Source: Antedon mediterranea
Lineage: Eukaryota > Animalia > Echinodermata
NCBI RefSeq assembly: GCF_964355755.1
Contig: NC_092675.1
Location: 27,686,912 to 27,750,911 of the forward strand
Direction of reading: 5' to 3'
DNA length: 64,000 nucleotides
Part shown: piece by piece, positions 24,285 to 34,165 of the stretch
Layout of the letters: every line of letters begins with the position of its first letter
Numbering within the stretch: the stretch's first letter is position 1
Made by a program: the position numbers and the translations under genes
Notes under the pieces: model-generated
Told to the model about the DNA's origin: nothing
The model's database searches: none
What the model saw: the letters and a program-made list of their open reading frames with translations, nothing else

Positions 24285-25173
24285 TTAGAGTCTACTTGTG
24301 GTAGTGATTTTTTTTTATTGATAAATTAATTCGACCAATTCGTTAAAGATATTATTAGTTCGGTATATCAGAGAAGAGTAAAATTACTCTTACATGGGTA
24401 TATTGCTTCGGATTTTGTAATTACTATTTTTAAAGAAATAACTAATTTCAATAACGGTAAAGAAAACTTAAGCAGTAATTAAAACATAAACTAATGATAA
24501 TGTCAAATTATCCAGTAAGTAAAACATGTTCATTGAATGGACACTTTTCAGAACAGAAAACCTTATAAAACGTAGTAAATAAACTGTAATGTTACATTAA
24601 CGTAACTTTAATAACTTAACGATTTTATTATAAAGTTTTTACTAACAAAAACTTTTAACGTAATTAGGCCCAATGAGGCAATAATTAAACTGAAAGAATA
24701 ACTATAGAGAGGTAAGTAGGCCTACACTTCTTATAAATAACCGTAATGTAACGAAACTTTAATAACGTTAATAACAAAATGAAGAACGTAATAAAAGCAA
24801 TGAAACGAATAATACCTAATAATCTTATAACAGAAAGTTGGATACCTTTCTTTATAATAAACGTAACGTAAAAATGAAGAAATTCTTATATTATATAATA
24901 TATATTTAGTTTTTTTCCTTATTTCTTTTATGATACATTTAATGTAATTTCTTAGACAAATGTCACCATGTCAAAGGTTAAATATCACACATGATTATTT
25001 ACATTTCATACGATTTTTTTTATACAATTAAATACAAAACCATGATTTTTGTTTAATAAAAAAATTCTTTATGTACATATCAGCTCTAAGATATTATATA
25101 CAAATTTAAGATAATTACAAAGGGGATTTTCTTAATTACATAAGTTACAAGAGAGTACAAACTATGCTAGGCT

Positions 25174-25571
25174 TTATTGAACTATTAAGTCCCTTAAAAC
25201 GTCAGTGTGACCTTTGTTCTTGTCTGTTGTCGTCTCTGAAAAAGAGTCAATTTCATAGACTTCTTTACTGCTACCAACTACTATTCTTATTGGTGATTCT
25301 TTCTTGCTTTCTTCAGTTGGTTTTGTTGTTTGTGTTTCCTTATTTTTTACTGCCTGGCAGTAGTGGAGGCGTAACTGGGGATTCGGGTTACGTTTACAAG
25401 CTAGGCCTTCTCCACAATCACACCGTTGAAACAAATCTATTGAACTTCGCTTCTTTGTACACACATCGTCCTCTACCAGAATCTTTTTACAGATTTTTGA
25501 CCAATAGTGTTGTGCACAACAGAGACCTACGTCACATTCAATTGAACTTTGACAGCGATCATCTTCTTGAA
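25174..25571 (-). CDS. Dkk exon 3 (colipase-like CRD2 and C-terminal tail)
   Basis: ttttag|TTCAAGAAG; QEDDRCQSSIECDVGLCCAQHYWSKIC...; TAA at 25176-25174. Confidence 0.95.
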
Positions 25572-28500
25572 CTAAAATCAAATATAAAATAAAAATTAGT
25601 TAATCAGTGTGTATATACTGTACAGTACTTCAACATAAAGCAAATTCAAAATTGTATAAAAAAGTTGTATAAAAGTTATATCGGTGTACACGAAAGGAAC
25701 ACATTTTTAAAATCATCGCATCAACTTGTTAACTGAACTTTTTACTTGCGCCCTCTATTATTAATCGTTACACGTACATTACGCACCTGGTACTTGCAGC
25801 AAAATAATAATCGATTCAGAAACATACTTCACTTACGTCTAAACATATTTGCTTTTGTGTCTTGAGCAATACTCTCTTCATCGACGACAGGTTCGAATCT
25901 TGAGTTAGCTGATACTTTCTTTGAACGACAAACACCGTCTACGCATTCGTTACCGCGGCAACACATTTCATTTCTATGACAACGGCGTCCTGGTTTCCTA
26001 CAGGGCAAACATGACTTGTGGCCCTCTCCACCATGGCAGAATTCCCTCTTTTCACAAGAATTGTCATTAGTGCATAAAACCTGAATTAGAAAAAAAAAAG
26101 TGAAATTCAGATAATTAACGGAATTAGGCCTACTGATAATAAATAACTTATGTACTGCATTACACAATATTATGGTTTACAAAACGTTGCTAGTTAATTT
26201 AATTTATCTCAGAATGTATAACAAATCAATATTATGTACGGATGACTTATAGAAAATGAGGACATTGTTTATGTCAACTATTCTAGAAACAAATTCGGAT
26301 AGTAATACGACCACGTGCAAAAGACTAATAGGCCAAAGGCAGAAGTGCGCCAGTTTGATCAACCTAAATATTCAATTAATAACGGTATTTACCATGTTAC
26401 AACGCAAGCATTGAAGTTGTAACAAAGTTGCCGACCATGGATTACTGCGTTTAAAATGCGTGAAAGGTGCAACAGCGTGTTCTGAACTCAAAATGATCGT
26501 AAACGATTACGTCATAACGATTTCAAAGGAATAAACTAAACTTAGTATAGCCTCCATGATAATACAACCCAACTGTTAAATAGGTAAATGTTAAAATATT
26601 ACTGCTGTTATTGGCTTCGAATGATAGCTTTGTCTTTAAATGGTGGAGAAATACAAAGGATTTGACGAAATCCACAAGCCGATAAAAATAAACAACTATT
26701 AGTAAAAGTCTAATTTAGCGTAAAGACTACAAATATGTAAACGATTTTGTTTGTTGTTGTTTACCACAGAGGCGGAGAATACTTCCTCATCAAAAATATT
26801 GCGAGTTTTGGAGAAAGGAAAGGGTAGACTCTCCCCTTTGGGAACTCCTATTCAGGGAACACCCTTATTATAATATTTTTTTACTGTAATTTTTTAAAAT
26901 TTTAACTCACACTTTCTGCTTTTATTCTTTTATTGCAGTTTTGTATCTTTTAAACTCCATTTTAAGTGTATTTTACTCGTTGTCTTGATGATTTTGACCA
27001 AATGAATGAATGAATGAATGAGGAAACTTTACCTTGAAACGAATGTTGGACAATGTTTTCTACGGCCAGCCTTTTGTTGGATCACGAATATGTCCCCGCA
27101 ATGATTCTATATTTACGTGGTGAATGTCACTAAAAATAAATGTTGGTTTACAAGAGGTAACATTCCATGTACCCACATTCATTGTGTTACTTTTAAATCA
27201 TAAATAACAAAATTTGTGTATTGAACCAAAATCGTTAAGATTTATGATTTCACTCCAAGTTTACATAGTGTCTTAGAACAGGTTATTTGTGCAATTGTAA
27301 TTTGATATATTTTTAGTTAATTCTGACGATGAATGAATAGCAGTGAGTTAAAATCAAGTTTGTATATTAACTGTTTTCAAATAACCTTTTATTTCTCTAT
27401 TTAAAACCGATCAAAATGCGTTTACTTTTACGCCACGTGGGTCGTAAATACGCGGCGTTTAGTTTGCTGAGCCACTTGGATGCAACGCAAAGACACGTAT
27501 GCATACCTCGAGTAAATTAAACAGTTACGCGCGATGCGTATATCATCCGAACTGTGCTTTACTTGTCATTGGTCAACTCATTCGCCTACGTCATTGTTGC
27601 GTCTAGTGGGAACCATGTTCTATCATTGTATATATTGCAACGATTACGTCTTTAATGGCCGACCGACTGCTTTGAAGGGCATGACTGGCTCCGATAGTAT
27701 CTCAACGAATATGTTGTGTTTAAGTTTCTGGCTGAATAGGCATTCCGAGGTGGCAGTTCGTAATAAACCATACATCGTTTGTTTAAGAAATACAGGCACG
27801 TGACGGTTATGCGCCATTTACCTTCTTCGAGCTTCTTTGATCTTCGCCGCTTTTTTGAGTGGATAACATATCGGCGGTATACTTACAGGAACAAACGGTT
27901 CAAAGTGTGACCATTTACTAGACAATTCGATATTTTTTCGTTCAATTTATTAATAAACTAATGCTATTGGTAATGAATATCCGTAGAAGCAATACCACCT
28001 TTCGCCCAAATGGTGCCCACGTCGCGATTGAGTTCGCCATAGGTGCACATTTGTCAATCGTTGTGTTTGTTGACTTATGTTACTTTCCTGGTAAAGTGTT
28101 TCAGGAGCCCCACTTAACAAATCGAATGTTAAAACGTCCATCATGTCAGTATTTATAACACAACTAAACTGTGTTAAAATGTTTTTAAAGGAGGTGCATG
28201 TATGTATGTATGTCTGTAAATGTATTTCCCGGCTCCCTTTTCTTCTGCGATATAGGCCTACCCTCTGCGGGTCCTCCTCTACTGCCAGAGCATGACACGG
28301 TTCACTTGAAAAGATATGTCTTTACATTAATTGCTTTTTAAAACGCATTCAAATAAAAATGGACAATCTTCTCGGAGATATGTCAACTGTCAAAACTTAA
28401 TAGACTTTAAATAATGTCGGCTTTTAAGGTAATGTTTCATGAAAGAGAATCCATGGTAGGTGGAAGTAGTCAGTTATGAAAATAAACACGCCTGCGGTAT

Positions 28501-31220
28501 TAGTGAAAATGAAAATGGCTCATAGGTTAAATGCAGGTGTAACGCTCACCTTCATTTGACGTTTATCCCGCCACGAATTCTCGTTTTTTTGCCATCAATA
28601 TTATCGTTTACCATCAAGCAAGTTTAAACGTTGACTGTGTTATGTGAACACGATTAAATGCGGGCACACGCTCAGTCGGGGGACCGTTTTAGTTAAATTA
28701 AGACGAGTGATCTTCGCAGCATGAGTAAACTATTTGTCGGTTTTGAGGACGTTACTTAAACGCCGCGCACCGTGGGACTCCGCTGGGATGTATTAAGTTA
28801 AAATCTATAGACTATTTGAAGTGCAATTGGCCAATGCGGAGCGCAGCTGGACCGGTGCGACTCGTTTCTCTGGCTTGGTGGTACTTAATTACCGTCTTAG
28901 TTTGTAAGACCAATTGATTATGCTAAGAAATAAAATCATTATTTAAAACCGAATTGCGGCTTTTAACTAAACATCGATGAGACCAAAGGAATAGTTAAAA
29001 CATTTTCAAGTTACATCTTGATCACGTAGCATGGTGTTTTAAATCTATCTAAAATGTTAATTAGTTTTGACTGGTTAAATAAACATATGAAATATAGACA
29101 TATTGATGGAGTAGATTGTTTCACAGACATGTCAGAATGCATCCCTTAAAACAACCCGAGGGCTAAACACAGGCTGAAATGTTAATAAAGTATTATGATA
29201 TAAGTATTATATTGACATCAAAACATCTCCCGTAGAGGAAAGATGCACGAGCAGTGCGATTCGAAGAAAGTAAAGACATGCCGATAAGTACGGTATCACG
29301 TATTAACGGATGGCACAACACGGGCAAGTTTATCAACCGATATACGCGTAACACGTAAGAGGTATGGAACGCCACAGGGGTCTGAATTAATAAATAACTG
29401 CAATGTACACACTCTAAACAGACTAAATAGAATTTGAAAATTGAAACCGGAATTATAAAGACAAATGACGACTGTTCACGTGCACTCGACTTTCTGTATA
29501 CAGTTGCCTACAGTAATAAATATAAATCAACCTAAAATCGGTAAACATTGATATATCCGTTTCTCTATCTAACAGATAATCTCATGTTTATACATATAAA
29601 CTGTACCAGGCGGCTCACATTTTTCATGCATAATTGATTTGTTGTTTCTTTTTTTTACATCACGTTTAAGATCACCAATTATACTACCTGATATTTGGGA
29701 CGCAACACCTTTGCTTTGAAGTCGTCCCGATTGCGGACCTTTGAGTAATTTTTATAAAAATAAACAGTGGGCCTAGACTGTCAAATTGGGGCCTAAAAAC
29801 AAATATTACACCTCTATCAAACGATCGTCTCGCTGCAAGACGGCGTTATACAATATTCATCAATCAAGAATATACACCTTTTTCTTCAGTGAATTATCGT
29901 TATCAGGATCACATATACACCAACAATGAGCAATATCACGATCTTTGTCGTCTGATGGCGGAACCTTTTGAAGATGTTGTCTTAGCAAAGAACAGAAGTC
30001 AATCGTGTTATACACGCCTGGATGCGGCACTAACGTTCTCGCCCTGTCGGCTACTTGTTCTGTCCTTTGCGCCCGGTACCGAAACACAGGTTACGTAGTC
30101 GACTGGAAAATCGTTCTTTGAGTACCGTCGGCATGCCAGTAGAAATTGTAACGTTCTGGTGATTATTGCCGGACAAAAGGCGTAAAACTGAACACAATGC
30201 TTCTTTTCTGGATTAATTTAGATTACAAGACAAATTTTGCTAAGCTATCCTTACGTAAACAACATTCGTAAATAGCTAAACACTCAACAATGAATCGTAC
30301 TTAATGTGTTTACGTAAAGTATTTAAAAGATACTGCTGTGGTGGAAATTATGTTCAGTTAAGACCTCAAACATAGATTCAATATTTGTCCACTGAATGTT
30401 AATAATATTTAGCCTTATTTACTAAATACAAGCCGACACTAGAAAACTTTTCCGATTTTTGGTTAAGAGTTTGCTTAACTTTGCAAACTAAAGTTTGCTT
30501 TAGTGAGACTTCTGCAAACTTGGAAATTGTTTGTGCCAACAAATTGCCAGTGCAGTACATGTTTAAATCTATCAACCCGAAGACTAGTTTGAACGTCATG
30601 TTTAAGTGTCTAGTACAAACTGCCAGGTATCTTTACAATGTATTTGCGCAAAATACAAAAAGCAACGAAAATGCTGATGCGCTCGACACGGGTAAATTAA
30701 ATTTCCGTCACCACGATCATAAAAGTACAATTTCTTCATCGATGACAAATCCAAGTTCATTTTTCAAGGTCCTGTAACATGAAAGGTACCGACATGCCAT
30801 TGACTATCAATTATACTTATACTATTGTCTTTTTACGAGTATTTAACCATTGATCAATGCAACTGAAATGAAATACAATGTACACGTTGTAACGCTATCG
30901 TGATAACTACTCAGGATATCCAATAGGCCTATCAAAAATGAGCATTGGAATTCGCTTTTTAAAAATTGTATTATGCGTGCGTAATATTTGTGTACGCGTA
31001 ATTACGTGGTACATTGTTATGGTCCGTACTTAATGCGGTTACGAGTGTGCAGTGACTCTCGAAATTGTTTACCCCCACTAAAGCTTGGTTTCCACTTGAC
31101 CGCAATACAAGGGACGTAAGCGCGCCGCAATTAACAATCACGACGCGATGGCTCATCCAAACTGTCACTGTTATGTCCAAGTGGGAACAACGCTTAAGTA
31201 GGCACATTTAGCGTTAGCAG

Positions 31221-31273
<53 letters not shown>

Positions 31274-31532
31274 CAATGATGTTGCGTAGCACTGTGTAAA
31301 TTTTATATAAATCATACTGTAAATTATAGAAACAGTGCTCATATTCGGAACATGATCTCATAATCGCGTCGAGCATAGCTCATTGGCGAAAGTTCCGTAT
31401 TTTTTTAGTTGTCGCCAGAGACATTTTTTCATACAACTAAAAAAATACGGAACTCTCGCCAATGAGCTATGCTCGACGCGATTATGAGATCATGTTCCGA
31501 ATATGAGCACTGTTTCTATAATTTACAGTATG

Positions 31533-31598
<66 letters not shown>

Positions 31599-33710
31599 CT
31601 TTATCCAAATTCCCTCACTTGCACTGATGAAGGGCTAGTGTTGTCCGAAAGCTCTGCTAACTTTTCTGGCTGTTTACTTTATCGTTTTGATTTTTTTTTT
31701 ATCTCCATTGAGATCCAGCCACTGATACCCACAGCATTGTCATTTTTTCAGTAATTTGCCTTTGGATTTATATATTTATATATATATCAAAATATTCTTC
31801 TATTTGTATGATGTTGAATACATACACCTATACGGGTTACTTGCAATGAACAGTATAATGCAACCGACATGTTTTATGTCCTCAAACATCGGGGAAATGC
31901 AAAAATGTCGGCGGTGTTCAAAGGGCTTTTAATAACAAGTTAGGATTTTAAGAAGTTAGATTGTTTACGTCCTATTTTCATTCACTAAATGAACTTTGTC
32001 TAAAAGCACAATGGCCTAAATTTAAGCTCCTGGGAGAATTCAAACATTGTCTGAACCTTCAGCAGGTGAAAAATCAGGACTCATTAATTCGACTCTTGTA
32101 GAGTGCCGAACAAATAAAAACAGAAAATAACAAACACCGCCTTTTATTCTTTCTTCTGAAAATAATAGATAAATACTTGCCATTGATTGGAAAAGTATAG
32201 AGAAATATTATTTGTATCTGGACAATTAGCTATAAAGTAGAACTATTATGATATATTTCATTGATGTGCACGTTACTATTCCGCAAAGCAATAATGGTAC
32301 CAGGTAGGTAGTGGTAAGTGGGCCTACTGCTACAATTTGGTATTCAAATAATTGTAATTCTTACAGTACTCAAAGAAAAATGACCTGACCAACAAAGAAT
32401 TGTGCTTTTAGAATTTAAATTTTTGTTAGTGAATGAATCTAACTTCTATTTGGGCTCATGCCTATTACTTGCTCCTGGCAAGATGAAATGTAAAACGTAC
32501 TTTTAAAAACTTTTGCCGAATAAATATTAATATTATTATTAATAATTATATTTGTAGATTAATGTGATAACTAAACAAAATTACTTTGAAGTAGTAACTT
32601 ATGTTCATGCATTTACGGGCTGATTTATGGGGCGGCCAAATGTAGATTAGCATACGCCCTCTATAATATATAGTACTGAAATAGGCCAAACGATTTTAAT
32701 TTTACTATTTTCAACAAAAGCAGTAATATTTTAGTTTGCAAAAAGTTAACCATTCTTTCTCGTTAAAACAAAAATGTTATAATGATAACCTAGTTATAGA
32801 TACCCTTCAATTCTTCAATCTTTCAATTAAAAACCTATATTATAAAACGTATATCATATTTAAGAGATACAGAGTGAGTAATACAAAGGAAGTATTACGA
32901 CGATTCCTTAATTATTATATACACAATAATAGAGAGAAAAAGGAAATGTTCGCTTGTTTCCGGACTCTCCTTTAGAAAGGCGACAGTCCTTAAATTGTGT
33001 TTACGACACCTGTATTGTCGTGCGCACGTATCGGGTTCATCAGAAGACTTGAAATACTCATGACAAATTGTGTGTAGCCAAGCGTGAAAAACAAATGAAT
33101 TTGTTTTCCAATAGACAAGTAGTAGTACTGTATACAGTACAGCATTAAATGCAATTCCAGATATTGTTAAGCATATGGCCCATGGGAATAGTTCACGATA
33201 ATAAATTAATTGCTTTTAAACCTATTTATTCAATATAATTACATATATTTAATATTCTGTAGGCCTAATAAATCGAACATGATTTGCTATTTTCGTGTAC
33301 GAGGCCGGGACGATTCGGCCCTGCTGAGAGGATTCGGCCCACTTTTGGTGGGACGATTCGGCCCACTTTTAGTGGGACGATTCAGCCCACTTTTGGGCCG
33401 AAACAAATTCATATCCAAAGTCAATGTAGATGCAATCAATAATGACTGACCTTTTTTTTTATGTTATTAATGTCAATACAAAATAATAAATATCCAAAAT
33501 ACTTACAAGTGTCCTTTCAAATACTGTTGGCCTATCTGTGTCTGCACCCCCTGCTCTATTTTCTTGTGACTGTGTCCTTACGGATTGTTTACCATTGCGA
33601 TGACGTCTGCGAGTGGAAGATCCCCCAGGAACGTACACCCCTTGTGAAGGCAACGACACAGCTACACACACAACCAAAACAGACAATATACTCTGAGATA
33701 ACACACACAT
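25174..33710 (-). CDS. DKK1: Dickkopf-related protein Dkk1/2/4 (secreted Wnt antagonist), 3 exons, 281 aa
   Basis: Exons 33710-33507 (204 nt), 26080-25837 (244 nt) and 25571-25174 (398 nt) join in frame (phase 0, then phase 1) with GT-AG sites. Signal peptide, a 10-Cys Dkk_N domain and a colipase-fold CRD2 (CCAQHYWSKIC...FQRCDCGEGLAC...RLHYCQ) closely resemble vertebrate DKK1/2/4. The symbol stands for the Dkk1/2/4 group. Confidence 0.93.
25837..26080 (-). CDS. Dkk exon 2 (N-terminal Cys-rich domain)
   Basis: attcag|GTTTTATGC; VLCTNDNSCEKREFC...CLPCRKPGRRCHRNEMCCRGNECVDGVC...; donor gtaagt at 25836. Confidence 0.95.
31082..31194. mobile_element. Harbinger-type MITE family A (internally deleted)
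   Basis: TAA|AGCTTGGTTTCCACTTG...CAAGTGGGAACAACGCT|TAA. Confidence 0.75.
31223..31596. repeat. (TA)n - 109-bp-arm inverted repeat - (TA)n
   Basis: Arms 31304-31412 and 31433-31541, one mismatch, 20-nt spacer; (TA)n tracts at about 31223-31270 and 31536-31596. Confidence 0.97.
31596..31787 (+). mobile_element. Hammerhead-containing repeat (Penelope-like pLTR or retrozyme), copy 1
   Basis: Same sequence as 45465-45927 (-) and 63463-63641 (+); flanked by (TA)n. Confidence 0.75.
31619..31660 (+). ncRNA. Minimal type I hammerhead ribozyme motif
   Basis: TTGCA-CTGATGA-A-GGGC-TAGTGTT-GTCC-GAAA-GC-TC^TGCTAA: conserved core, 4-bp stem II, palindromic AGCT stem III, stem I GCA/TGC. Confidence 0.65.
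33302..33402. repeat. Short GC-rich tandem array (24-bp unit), probable DNA-transposon remnant
   Basis: GGGACGATTCGGCCCACTTTT(A/G)GT, about 4 copies, ending in the inverted motif TGGGCCGAAAC. Confidence 0.8.
33507..33710 (-). CDS. Dkk exon 1 (signal peptide and basic linker)
   Basis: ATG at 33710 (context AAAATGT); MCVLSQSILSVLVVCVAVSLPSQG...ERTL|gtaagt. Confidence 0.85.
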
Positions 33711-33912
33711 TTTGAAGAAAGTGAAAATGTTTCTATAAACAAAAATAAAATCCTTAACGAAATTTCCAGCTAGTCGATTCGCTATTCCAACTGTCAATAT
33801 TTCATATAGCTAGCAGACAGTGTTGATTCATATATTAGTCCTCTGATGGTGGGGTATCACAAGAGTAACACTACTCGTGTGTTGTGTTTCGTTCGAAGTA
33901 AATGTCAATAAT

Positions 33913-34165
33913 AAAGTGAAGTGCTAACTCTCTGTAGTATTTATATAGAACCGCTTAGCTACTGTCCGTCATCAGTAAAAATGAGAACTTCATTGCACTA
34001 CTACTCTACTATATACCGCTGTTTGACACCCGTGGGATTAATTACATGTTCTTTATGCTTGCCTTCTGAAAACATAAGAGAGTCGCCGACAAAGAGAGCC
34101 GAAATGCCTGCTAATTGGTTAAAACCTTTAAAGTACACACGGCGTAACGAGAACAGTTGACCAAT
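33913..34165 (-). promoter_or_regulatory. Dkk core promoter: TATA box, initiator and CCAAT boxes
   Basis: Minus-strand TATATAAA at 33947-33940 lies 30 nt upstream of the Inr-like TCA(+1)CTTT (33919-33913, +1 = 33917); CCAAT motifs at 34114-34118 and 34161-34165. Confidence 0.7.

Noticed and set aside
24440-24890. Degenerate AACGTAA/TAATAAC-rich stretch in the Dkk 3' region
   Set aside because: I could not define a consistent period or boundaries; it looks like an old low-complexity repeat.
25164-25592. 142-aa plus-strand ORF
   Set aside because: It is the antisense shadow of Dkk exon 3.
29860-30098. ORFs within Dkk intron 1 as a possible extra exon
   Set aside because: Exons 1 and 2 already join in frame, and the peptide has no Dkk similarity.
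33711-33797. N-terminal extension of Dkk in the ORF track (MTVGIANRL...)
   Set aside because: It starts at a non-ATG codon in the 5' UTR; the ATG at 33710 directly precedes the signal peptide.
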